DNA of 64,000 nucleotides, from positions 4,482,398 to 4,546,397 of the forward strand of contig CBDCGK010000004.1 in the NCBI GenBank assembly GCA_965216675.1, read 5' to 3'. Position 1 is the stretch's first letter; each line of letters starts with the position of its first letter. Shown one piece after another: positions 32,415 through 41,129 of this stretch. Source of the DNA: Acidimicrobiales bacterium (GTDB lineage Bacteria; Actinomycetota; Acidimicrobiia; Acidimicrobiales; SZUA-35). The notes below the pieces were generated by a model, which worked only from the letters and a program-made list of their open reading frames with translations, had not been told where the DNA came from and searched no databases. The translations under genes and the position numbers were made by a program.

Positions 32415-32956
32415 TGAGCCGAGCCGCCAAAGCCGTTCTGACCGGGTTCTCGACCCGGCGGATCTGCATGATCGCCGTGCTCGTCCTCGGGTGGTGCGTG
32501 CTGTGGGGTCGGTTCACGGTCGCCAATGCGCTGTCGGGTCTGGCCGTCGGGCTCATCGTGACGGCATCGGGTTTGAGTGCCCCACTTGCCGGCGGCGTAC
32601 GGCCCGCGCCCCTGGCCCGGCTGCTGTGGGTCGTCTTCGTGGACCTCATCCGGTCGACGGGTGCCATCGGACGGGAAATCCTGACCCCGCGTGACCAGAC
32701 CTCGGAGTCGATCGTTGCCGTACCGGTTCCGGCGGCGGCCCGTCGTCATATGCTCTTCTACACGGCCGCCATCACGTTGACGCCGGGCACCGTCGTCGTC
32801 CACGCTGACGCCGACATCGGCGTCGTCTATGTCCACCTCCTGCGTGGCACCGGCGTGAAATCAACCGAGGACCACGTCGCCCGCCTGGCCGACCTGGCCG
32901 TTCAAGCCTTTCCCGTTCCGGGGACGGTTGAACCGAGGAGCTCTGGGTCGCCGTGA
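32411..32956 (+). CDS. mrpE: Mrp antiporter subunit E
   Basis: ITLTPGT and operon position. Confidence 0.88.
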   Translation: MMSRAAKAVLTGFSTRRICMIAVLVLGWCVLWGRFTVANALSGLAVGLIVTASGLSAPLAGGVRPAPLARLLWVVFVDLIRSTGAIGREILTPRDQTSESIVAVPVPAAARRHMLFYTAAITLTPGTVVVHADADIGVVYVHLLRGTGVKSTEDHVARLADLAVQAFPVPGTVEPRSSGSP

Positions 32957-33225
32957 TGACCGTGGCCTTCCTGTCGTTCACCTTCGCCGGGTTGTGTGGC
33001 GTCTATCGACTGCTGAAGGGACCGTCCCTGCCCGACCGGATCATGGCCCTGGACCTGATGCTCACGTCGTTGATGGGGGTCATCGTCATCGACGCCGTTC
33101 GCCGTCATGAAACCGGGTACCTGGTGCTCCCGGTCGTGTTGGCCATCATCGCGTTCACCGCCACCGTGGCCGGAGCCTGGTTCGTCGAGGCTCAGGCCGA
33201 CTCCGAAACGGACGTGCATTCATGA
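32953..33225 (+). CDS. mrpF: Mrp antiporter subunit F
   Basis: RLLKGPSLPDRIMALD. Confidence 0.9.
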   Translation: MMTVAFLSFTFAGLCGVYRLLKGPSLPDRIMALDLMLTSLMGVIVIDAVRRHETGYLVLPVVLAIIAFTATVAGAWFVEAQADSETDVHS

Positions 33226-33271
33226 CGTCGTCGTGCCGGAGGCCCGGGCCGGTGGTGTGGGCTGGGAGGTT

Positions 33272-33610
33272 GTGGCCTTGACCGTCGTCGCCCACCTTCT
33301 CATAGCGCTCGGCGGCGTTTTGGCCGCCATCGCCGGCATCGGTGTCGTTCGGCTGTCCACCCCCTACGCGCGAATTCACGCGGCCGGTGTGGCGAGTCCG
33401 GTCGCCTTCGTCGTCGCCGGTGTGGGAGCCGCCATCGAACTCGACGTCATCGGCGCCGGCTATGTCCTCATCGCCGCCGTGGCCATGCTCGTGACACTAC
33501 CCATCGGCGTCCACCTGCTGTTTCGGGCGGTCTACCGAACCGCCGACAACGTCCATCTTCACCGCGATGATCTGACCGGCAGGGAAGAACACGATTCCGG
33601 CGGCGGCTGA
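33272..33610 (+). CDS. mrpG: Mrp antiporter subunit G
   Basis: IGVVRLSTPYARIHAAG, TLPIGVH. GGAGG precedes GTG 33272. Confidence 0.85.
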   Translation: MALTVVAHLLIALGGVLAAIAGIGVVRLSTPYARIHAAGVASPVAFVVAGVGAAIELDVIGAGYVLIAAVAMLVTLPIGVHLLFRAVYRTADNVHLHRDDLTGREEHDSGGG

Positions 33611-33734
33611 GGGACCGTTCCTCACCGAGCGGATACGGCCGCCGGTCACCTTCCATCGGAATCCGTCGACCGCACTAGACTCGGCCCCATCGGCGGAGGA
33701 ACCCAGCCCCGCTCACGCCACTACGGGAGGTTTC

Positions 33735-34964
33735 ATGACCGACGTCCGGTCTGCACTCGAGCTAAGCGCCACCGACTACGACATAGCGGACCGTGATCAT
33801 CACCGTCGGGTCCGATCGATCGCCGACATGCTCCTGGCCGGCGGTGCCACCGACGACGAACTGGTACGGCTCGGCAACGACGTCGACCGGCCCCTCGATC
33901 TGCGGGTCGCCACCCGAGTCGCTGCGTCGAGACGTCGCATCACCGAAGGGATCCCGGCGTTGACGGTGGCGGTCGTGATCGCCATGTGGGGTGAGCAGCG
34001 CCGGCTGCGGCCGCCGAGTGAGGACAACCCGACCGGTGAGGATTCCCTTCATGTGAAACTCGACCAGTTGGAGTGGCTGCTCCACGACTCTCCGGTGAAT
34101 TGGCGGCTCTACATGGTCGACGACGGCGACCCTGATGATTCAGCCGCCGTGGCCGTCGAACGGGCGGCGCTCCACGAGGCCGGCGATCGAGTCACCGTGC
34201 TGCGGCTCGGTGACGTCGTGCCCGCCGAAACCGGGCCCCTCGCCGGCCTGACGTCGGTGGACGACTCACGCAAGGGCGGTGCCATTGTGTACGGAGCGGC
34301 GACGGCGATGACCGACGGTGCCGATGCGGTGATCATGACCGACGCCGACAACTCCGTCGACCTGACCCAGATCGGTCTGCTCCTGGCGGCCTTTGTCGAC
34401 GGTGCCGATGTGGTGATCGGCGACCGAAAGAGCCCCGAATCGGTCCTCGTCAAGGCCGAGGCCCGTTGGGGCCCTGGCATCGTGGCGCTCCGGCACATGC
34501 AGCGCATGGTGGGACGGCAACTGTTCGAACGCGGCCTGCGCGACACTCAGGCGGCATTCAAGCTTTATGGCCGCCGGGCGCTGGAGCCGATCCTGGCCGC
34601 CCCCTCCACCTACGGATTCTCGTTCGACTCCGACTGGCTCTATGCGACGATCGCCTCCGGTGGTGTGATCACGTCGGTCCCGTTCGCGTTCATTGATTCG
34701 TTCGCCGAGTCGGCGTCGATAGCACAGGGCCCGATGACCACCTGGGAGTCCCTGCTGCGTGGCCTGGTGGCCGCGGCCCGGGCTCGAAACGTCGATCACC
34801 ATGTCGAGATGGCGGCTGTCGTGGATGAGCTGGCCGACGCCGCCACTCTCGAACGGGTGGTGGCCAATGTCCCCCCGGAACTGGACGACATCGACCCGTC
34901 CCGACTCGGTGACCCGGCTGTCATGTCGGCGGCGAGGATGCGGTCGTGGATCGAGTCGTTGTAG
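33735..34964 (+). CDS. Glycosyltransferase family 2 (Dol-P-Man/Glc synthase-like) with N-terminal extension
   Basis: VDDGDPD, SRKGGAI, TDADNS (DxD), DVVIGDR, DTQAAFK, FSFDSD. Confidence 0.75.
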   Translation: MTDVRSALELSATDYDIADRDHHRRVRSIADMLLAGGATDDELVRLGNDVDRPLDLRVATRVAASRRRITEGIPALTVAVVIAMWGEQRRLRPPSEDNPTGEDSLHVKLDQLEWLLHDSPVNWRLYMVDDGDPDDSAAVAVERAALHEAGDRVTVLRLGDVVPAETGPLAGLTSVDDSRKGGAIVYGAATAMTDGADAVIMTDADNSVDLTQIGLLLAAFVDGADVVIGDRKSPESVLVKAEARWGPGIVALRHMQRMVGRQLFERGLRDTQAAFKLYGRRALEPILAAPSTYGFSFDSDWLYATIASGGVITSVPFAFIDSFAESASIAQGPMTTWESLLRGLVAAARARNVDHHVEMAAVVDELADAATLERVVANVPPELDDIDPSRLGDPAVMSAARMRSWIESL

Positions 34965-35015
34965 AACGAAGTTCGGTTTCGGGAACAAACAACCGGTGCT
35001 CTACGTTGGTAGGTC

Positions 35016-35327
35016 ATGCAGGTTGAACTGACCGAAGACGCCATCGAACTCGTTCGACGCAAGGGTGGCACCGTCGCCGTCGACTGGATACCCAAATACG
35101 GTTGAAGCGGTGTTGACCAGGTGGCGGTCGACACCTACTTGAAGGGCAAGAACACCTCGTCGTACCGGAAGGTGCGTCGCGATGACGTCGAGGTGCTGGT
35201 TGCGCCGACGATCGTGAGACTGGCCGAAGAGGTGCACCTCGTGGCCCGCAAACGGTTGATCGGTCTCAAGCTGATGGCGGTCATCTATCGGGATCCGAGC
35301 ACCTGCTCCATCGAGCCGCCACGCTGA
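35016..35327 (+). CDS. Candidate small selenoprotein (HesB/IscA-like fold) with in-frame TGA at 35103-35105
   Basis: Read-through gives MQVELTEDAIELVRRKGGTVAVDWIPKYG-U-SGVDQVAVDTYLKGKNTSSYRKVRRDDVEVLVAP..CSIEPPR (103 aa). TACGTT -10 lies 8 nt before the ATG. A hairpin follows the TGA. Confidence 0.65.
35109..35135 (+). other. Candidate bacterial SECIS hairpin
   Basis: GGTGTTGACC-AGGTGGC-GGTCGACACC: 10-bp stem with one G-U pair and G at loop position 2, starting 3 nt after the TGA. Confidence 0.5.
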
Positions 35328-35366
35328 GGGGACCTCGCTCGACAGCCGTTCGGCGCGGCACCTGAA

Positions 35367-36083
35367 TCAGGACGATGTAGGGAAGGCAACGTCGTCGAGA
35401 AACCAATCGACGAGGTCTCGACAAGCCGCCCGGCTCTGTGGCTCTCGTCGACGTGTCTCCGCGGCCAAGCTGTCGGTGTCGATGTCGTAGCGGGCCAGAT
35501 ACGCGGGGTCGGAGGCCGACAGCCAACCGTCGAGCATGGCCACCGTGATCTCGGGGTGAAACTGGGTGCCGACGGCGTTCCCGAGCCGGAACAGCTGCTG
35601 TCCGGCATCCGACGCGGCCAGAACCTCGGCCCTCTCGGGAGCGTGGAACCGGTCATGATGCCACTGCATCCACGGTCCGGTACTGACCGGCATCGTGGAC
35701 GGATCGGTCGGCTCGATCCGGTGCCAGCCGATCTCGGTGATCGGGGACGGCTCAACCGAGCCGCCGAGAACGTCGGCCAGCAGTTGACCGCCAAAGCAGA
35801 CGCCCAGCATCGGCTGTCCCCGTCGGTGGGCCGCCGCCAAGGCCTCCAGTTCATCGTGGATCCAGGACTCGACTTCGTGCTTTCGAGTCAGCGAACGCAC
35901 CGATCCCGTCAGAACCACCAGGTCATAGGAGGCGAGATCGGGAAGCGGTCCGGTTGCCTCGTTGGGCCGATCGAGATCCAGGGTGATGACGTGTTCGGTG
36001 AGATCGAAGCCTCGGGTCACGAGATGGCTGCCGATCTCGCCGGTCGGACCGTCGGGTTCGTGCACCAGCGAAACCGCCTTCAT
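35367..36083 (-). CDS. Class I glutamine amidotransferase-like hydrolase
   Basis: LGVCFGGQLLA, EIGW, QWHHD, QFHPE catalytic triad. Confidence 0.88.
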   Translation of the reverse strand: MKAVSLVHEPDGPTGEIGSHLVTRGFDLTEHVITLDLDRPNEATGPLPDLASYDLVVLTGSVRSLTRKHEVESWIHDELEALAAAHRRGQPMLGVCFGGQLLADVLGGSVEPSPITEIGWHRIEPTDPSTMPVSTGPWMQWHHDRFHAPERAEVLAASDAGQQLFRLGNAVGTQFHPEITVAMLDGWLSASDPAYLARYDIDTDSLAAETRRREPQSRAACRDLVDWFLDDVAFPTSS

Positions 36084-36327
36084 CTGGACACCACCCGTAC
36101 AACTGGCTCTGGCACTGGTACTCGCACGTCCATCTTCCTCGCTCGAATCGACTGGAGAATTGTAGGGTCGCGTCGCCTTTCTGTATCAAACCGTCGTTCC
36201 CGACCTCACGACTACCGGACCGACGTCGTAGAATGGAGCGAGGTACCGGTGACCGGCGCCGACCAAGATGACAAGACGGAGGGCGACAGCCGACCTGAGC
36301 GCAGGTCGGGCCTAAGCGTAGGAGTCC

Positions 36328-37017
36328 ATGTCTCGAGAACACGACGGCAGATCCCGTAGGAGACCCAAGGAGCAGACGCGTCGCGACATCCTCGACACCG
36401 CCCTCCAGATGATGATCGACGACGGGGCAACCGAACAGATCGACCTTCGGCTTTCCAGCGTCCTCGACCATATGGGTCTCACGTCCGGCGCCGCCTACAA
36501 CATCTGGGCCTCGCAGGGCGACTTTCAACATGACCTTGCTCACCATCTGCTTCGCGAATACTCATGGGCCGGTCCCGACCGGAACGAGATCAAGGTCGAC
36601 TTCGATGCCGACCCCACCGACGAGATACGCCGTCTGGCCGAGCTGTACCTCATCTCACTGACCGACGACACCCAGTTCTATTTGACGCTCCGGTTCTGGG
36701 GGGTCAAACACCCCTCGGCGGCTCTGCTCGCCTCCGTCAAGCACGGCTATGCCTCCAACCACGACCTGTGGCGATTCTTCTATCACGTCGGCTTCGAGTG
36801 GGCCGGTTTCCGCATGCGCGACGGCTATACGCTCGACGACTTCGTGACCATGGCCACCATGATCACCGAGGGCGCCGCACTTCGCCACCGGTTCGAACCC
36901 GAGCGGCTCTTCGGCTCAGGCGGCAACAACCTCTACAGCGAGGCTCTGGTGGCGCTCGTAACGTACTTCACCGAAAGTGTCGACGCCGGGCGGAGCCGGA
37001 TCAAGCCGCCGGATTGA
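36328..37017 (+). CDS. TetR-like transcriptional regulator
   Basis: TRRDILDTAL..VLDHMGLTSGAAYNIW helix-turn-helix. Confidence 0.7.
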   Translation: MSREHDGRSRRRPKEQTRRDILDTALQMMIDDGATEQIDLRLSSVLDHMGLTSGAAYNIWASQGDFQHDLAHHLLREYSWAGPDRNEIKVDFDADPTDEIRRLAELYLISLTDDTQFYLTLRFWGVKHPSAALLASVKHGYASNHDLWRFFYHVGFEWAGFRMRDGYTLDDFVTMATMITEGAALRHRFEPERLFGSGGNNLYSEALVALVTYFTESVDAGRSRIKPPD

Positions 37018-37822
37018 GCTCCCACCGATGTCGGCGTCGAGTGATGTCGAACACGGGGGCGAACGTCGGGGACCGTTCGAGATCGGCCGGCAGGACGAGT
37101 CCGGCGTGGTCACGTTCGACCGAGAGGTCCAGTCGCGCCAACAGCGTCGTGGCCACTCCGTGCACCGCGAACAGCGCAGCCCGCGGCAACGGGGACGGCC
37201 AGACACCGCTCACCGCCTGACGTTTCTCCAGTTCGACCTCGAGAAGGCGCGGCTGAAGCCCCCGGCTGTGGGCGATGATGTCGGCCAGCACCGGGGTCGC
37301 GAGTTCGATCGACAATCCGGCGGCATCGTAGAGTCTCACAACCAACTCGGCGCAATGCATCCGGGTAGGACCGTCCGCGATCAGCCGGAACTGCTGACGG
37401 ACGATCCAGTCCTTCGCCGCGGGGGGCAGAACGGCGACGAACCTGGTGATGGCGCAACCGAAACCCAACAGGATGGCCCCGACCGACGGGTAGGTCGGTG
37501 AGTGCTCGATCAGATAGTCGGCGATACGGCCGAGCCGTTCGGTATCGAGCGACGCCGGTCGGACAACCCTGATGTCGCTGAGCGTGGCGGTCTTTGTGCG
37601 AAAGTCCCGAAACGTGACGGTGAAGACACCCTCGTCGTTCTCCGGAGGGGTGAGCGAGATGTCGGTGGCCTGGATGAGACGACGGTCGCCGAGCACGATC
37701 ATCGCATGACCGAATCGACTACCAGTGGCCCATTGGGTCACCTCCGAGAAGAAGTTCGGACCACCCGACAAGACGAGGTCACCGGGCTGTAAAAGGTCGA
37801 GATACGTTCCTGGCATCGGCAT
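37001..37822 (-). CDS. Permuted papain-like (NlpC/P60, YaeF/YiiX-type) amidase
   Basis: LQPGDLVL..SRFGHAMIV (His first), later MHCAELVVRLYDAAG (Cys) and LPADL. Confidence 0.72.
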   Translation of the reverse strand: MPMPGTYLDLLQPGDLVLSGGPNFFSEVTQWATGSRFGHAMIVLGDRRLIQATDISLTPPENDEGVFTVTFRDFRTKTATLSDIRVVRPASLDTERLGRIADYLIEHSPTYPSVGAILLGFGCAITRFVAVLPPAAKDWIVRQQFRLIADGPTRMHCAELVVRLYDAAGLSIELATPVLADIIAHSRGLQPRLLEVELEKRQAVSGVWPSPLPRAALFAVHGVATTLLARLDLSVERDHAGLVLPADLERSPTFAPVFDITRRRHRWELNPAA

Positions 37823-38125
37823 CGGAGTGGTCGGTCTCCTTTCTGGCGGTTGGCGTAAAGGCCTGTACGGGCTCGACGGAATACGACGATCGTCGGTCGT
37901 CGGAACGGGGTCGAGGTGGTGTCCTTCATTGGACCCACGCTGGTAGGGGCGCGAACAGCCGAGTCTGTAGCGATTCAGCGCTTCCGGTGTGCCGGTTCTC
38001 GGCGTGTCAACGAACCGGGGTGGTTCGGTTTACTCCGACGGAGCCGCTGGGCTACATGTGGGCGATAGATCGCGTTGAAGAAGCGACAAGCAGGAGTATG
38101 GAACGGCTACTTTGCCGGGCCCTCA

Positions 38126-38173
38126 TGCCGCAAACGAAATATAGAAAATATATTTCCAAATCGTTTGACGGCA
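38126..38173. other. Extended AT-rich inverted repeat (terminator or operator)
   Basis: TGCCG-CAAACG..CGTTTG-A-CGGCA enclosing GAAATATA-GAAAA-TATATTTC, about 20 nt past the carbamoylase stop. Confidence 0.55.
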
Positions 38174-38194
38174 GTCAAGCGATTTTCAGCCGAT

Positions 38195-39130
38195 TCATGA
38201 CGGCTCGATAACGCCCTTCTGCGAGGCGATGCGGCCATACATCTCCGGGCGGCGATACCTCGAGAAGTCAAAGAGTGTTTCCTTGTAGCGCCGGCACCAG
38301 TCGAGGTCACAGTCGGCGACGACGAGCTCGTCGCCGGTGGTCACCGCTTGGGCCACTATCTGGCCGGACGGAGCGATGATCGCCGACTGGGCCAACGACT
38401 CGACGCCCTCCTCGGTGCCGCCCTTGGCCACTCCGACGACCCAGGTGCCGTTCTGGTATGCGCCGGCCTGCATGCACAGGTGATTGTGGAACGCCTGGAG
38501 CGGGTTCTGTCCCGGATCCGGAGCGTAGTGAATCGGGGTGTTGTAACCGATCATGATGAGTTCGACCCCTTGAAGACCCATCTCACGGTAGGTCTCGGGC
38601 CAACGGCGGTCATTGCAGATGGCCATCCCGACGAGGCCGTCAAAAGCCCGCCACACCGAGAAGCCCTCCGTTGACTCCTCGAAGTACCGGCGTTCCAGAT
38701 GCTGGAACGGTCGCCACGGTTCGTCGTCCTCGTGGCCCGGGATGTGAACCTTGCGGTAGCGTCCGACCTCGGTGCCGTCGCCGTCGACCAGAATCGCCGT
38801 GTTGTAGCGGTGTCCATCGTCGGTGAGTTCGGCGAAGCCGAGGTGGACACCGATCCCGTAGGCCCGAGCCGCGTCGAACAGAGGTTGGGTTTCCGGACCG
38901 GGCATTCGGCGCTCGAAGTAGTGGTCGTGGCCGTCGAGATCCTCGGTGTACCACCGGGGAAAGAACGTTGTGAGGGCCAGCTCCGGGTAGACGATCAGGT
39001 CGGCGCCGTGATCGGCACCCTGATCGAGCAGGGCCAGTAGTCGTCGCACGACATCGGCCCGGGATTCGTCGCGGCCGATCGGTCCCAGCTGGGCCGCCGC
39101 CACTCGAAGTACTCGCCTGGTCAACACCAC
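38195..39130 (-). CDS. N-carbamoyl-amino acid hydrolase (nitrilase superfamily, DCase-like)
   Basis: YPELALTTFFPRW (Glu), YRKVHIPGH (Lys), ICNDRRWPE (Cys), QHLERRYF. Confidence 0.88.
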   Translation of the reverse strand: MVLTRRVLRVAAAQLGPIGRDESRADVVRRLLALLDQGADHGADLIVYPELALTTFFPRWYTEDLDGHDHYFERRMPGPETQPLFDAARAYGIGVHLGFAELTDDGHRYNTAILVDGDGTEVGRYRKVHIPGHEDDEPWRPFQHLERRYFEESTEGFSVWRAFDGLVGMAICNDRRWPETYREMGLQGVELIMIGYNTPIHYAPDPGQNPLQAFHNHLCMQAGAYQNGTWVVGVAKGGTEEGVESLAQSAIIAPSGQIVAQAVTTGDELVVADCDLDWCRRYKETLFDFSRYRRPEMYGRIASQKGVIEPS

Positions 39131-39223
39131 CTCCCATTCCGCTCGATCATCGACGATCTCGGCTCACTTCGTGTCTCTCGATGCACGTCCGGCTCTCCGC
39201 TGCTTGGTGATTCACATCGGCCG

Positions 39224-41041
39224 TCAGCGGTTCAGTGGTAGGGGGCTGCCCTTCTCCGACCGCAACAGGCCGGCCACGATGGCCGTGGCCTCAGCCGACG
39301 ATTCGTCTTCGGTGCGGCCCAACACCGTCCCATCGGGGCGGAGCAGAAAGCCCTGACCGGTGCGGGCCGAGAACACCGACTCGTCGGTGAACAACCTGGG
39401 TTTGACCATCGCCGGGTCGCCGTCTTCGGGGCAGAACGTCATGCAGTTGCCGCATTCGTTGCACAGTTCCGACCACACCAGGTATTGCTGACGCCCGTCC
39501 TGGCCCTCCAGGCTGGGAATCGAGAAGAAGGCGTCGTTGGGGCAGACCGTGATGCAGAAGTTGCAGGCAACGCAGCCGAACATCTGCAGATCGGTGTCGA
39601 CCTCGCGGGGCAGCTTGGCGTTGCCCTGGCGCGTGTAGGGCTCGATACCGTCGCCCCGAATGGCGGCGACGTGTTGGTTGACGGTGGCCCGGTGGCCGGC
39701 CGCGGTCGCCTGACCTTGTCGGAGGGTCCGCCAGTCGGCCAGGTTCTTCGCCCCGGATTCGGCAACCGCTGCGGTGAGTGCCTTGAGCATCGGTGCCAAG
39801 CGACCGTAACCGCCGGGCTTCAGAAGGTCCGAACAGATCGTTGCCGGGTTCACCCCCATGGCGAGGGTGTCCGCCAGGTTGTCCTTGCTGACCCCGGCCG
39901 AGAAGCTGACCATCACGTCGCCGTCGTGGCCGGGGATGTCCAGTGCGCCGGGAAGTGCCTCGGCCAGCCGCTCGAGCAGGCTGGACGCGAGGACGTGAAG
40001 CGGGGCGCCGGAGAGGTACATCGTGTCCTCGGGCATCCACTGCTTGATGTTCTCGACGACGAGGGTGTTGGTGAGCTTGATGCCGAACCGGTGACCGCGT
40101 TCGGCGGCGTAGTCGTTTAGCTCGCCGATCAGCTCGATGCCCCGCTCGAACTGGAGATCCTCGGCGAAAGCGGACTCTTTGACCACCACGTCGTCGTAGC
40201 CCAGCTCGTCGTTGATGATGCCCCGGACGGTCTCGTAGCCGAGCAGCGTCGGGTTGAGCTTGACGATCACGTCGAGATCGTGCACGTCGACCAGGTGCTT
40301 CGTGATCTGTTCGATCTCCTCCGGCGGGCATCCGTGGAAGGTGGAGAGGGTGAGTGTGTCGGAGAGTGAGGTGGTGAAGTCGAGGTCCCGAAAGGAGGCG
40401 AACGCTTCGGGAATCTCGGAGCGGAGACGCTCGACCTCGGCGGAGGCGTCGCGCATACCGGTGATGAACTCGGCGACGCGGGGGTTGGAGATGCCGGCCA
40501 GGTCATAGCCGACGGACATGTCGAACACGTGAGGTCCGGGCCCGCCGTCGGGTCCGGCGACGTGTTGGAGCACCGGATCCCAGCGGGACAGGATGTCGAG
40601 CAGCATCGACGCCTTGACGTATTCGGTGAGGCTCTGGCCGAGCGTCAGCTCCTGGCTCCACTCGATGTTGTAACCGATCGTCTGCATGTCGATACAGGGT
40701 CTGGCGATCTCCAGCTCGTCCAGAATCTGAACGGTCTTCAGCTCGAACAGCCGAGATCCGCCCAGCCAGGCCAGAACGATGTTCTGGGCCAGCTGGGAGT
40801 GGGGGCCGGCGGCCGGGCCGATCGGTGAGGCCGCCCGACGGCCGACGAATTCGAAGCCCAGATCGATCTCGGTGTCGGGTCGCCAGAAGCGCCCGGTGGG
40901 CAGGTCGAAGATGCGGTTTCGGGTGTCGAACTCGTGGGCCACCCGGCCGAGGAGGAGGCCAAGGTCCATCGGGGTGAGCGGTGCCGTTTCGCCGACGTGG
41001 TCGTGACCTGGGTGGTTGGTGTTGAGGGCGCGCTGGGTCAC
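39224..41041 (-). CDS. Short YgfK-like oxidoreductase (FMN barrel plus C-terminal 2x[4Fe-4S])
   Basis: PIGPAAGPHSQLAQNI, ELKTVQILD, RPCIDM..YNIEWSQEL, TLSTFHGCPPEEIE, KLNPTLLG, IKLTNTL, DLLKPGGYGRL, CVACNFCITVCPN, CNECGNCMTFCP. Confidence 0.82.
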   Translation of the reverse strand: MTQRALNTNHPGHDHVGETAPLTPMDLGLLLGRVAHEFDTRNRIFDLPTGRFWRPDTEIDLGFEFVGRRAASPIGPAAGPHSQLAQNIVLAWLGGSRLFELKTVQILDELEIARPCIDMQTIGYNIEWSQELTLGQSLTEYVKASMLLDILSRWDPVLQHVAGPDGGPGPHVFDMSVGYDLAGISNPRVAEFITGMRDASAEVERLRSEIPEAFASFRDLDFTTSLSDTLTLSTFHGCPPEEIEQITKHLVDVHDLDVIVKLNPTLLGYETVRGIINDELGYDDVVVKESAFAEDLQFERGIELIGELNDYAAERGHRFGIKLTNTLVVENIKQWMPEDTMYLSGAPLHVLASSLLERLAEALPGALDIPGHDGDVMVSFSAGVSKDNLADTLAMGVNPATICSDLLKPGGYGRLAPMLKALTAAVAESGAKNLADWRTLRQGQATAAGHRATVNQHVAAIRGDGIEPYTRQGNAKLPREVDTDLQMFGCVACNFCITVCPNDAFFSIPSLEGQDGRQQYLVWSELCNECGNCMTFCPEDGDPAMVKPRLFTDESVFSARTGQGFLLRPDGTVLGRTEDESSAEATAIVAGLLRSEKGSPLPLNR

Positions 41042-41047
41042 GACGCA

Positions 41048-41076
41048 AACGTAGCGGGGTTTTAACATTTTGTAAA
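41048..41076 (-). promoter_or_regulatory. ygfK-like promoter with shared operator TTTACAAAATGTTAA
   Basis: Minus strand reads TTTACA-17nt-TACGTT, 6 nt before GTG 41041. Confidence 0.75.
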
Positions 41077-41129
41077 GCAAGGCTCGGTTCAGTCTTGGAC
41101 CCTGAACAACCGGGGGCCCGGGGCCTAGA

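Noticed and set aside
27876-33610. mrp operon as part of the purine or selenium system
   Set aside because: Ordinary complete mrpA-G operon transcribed divergently from xdh. No evidence of a functional link beyond adjacency.
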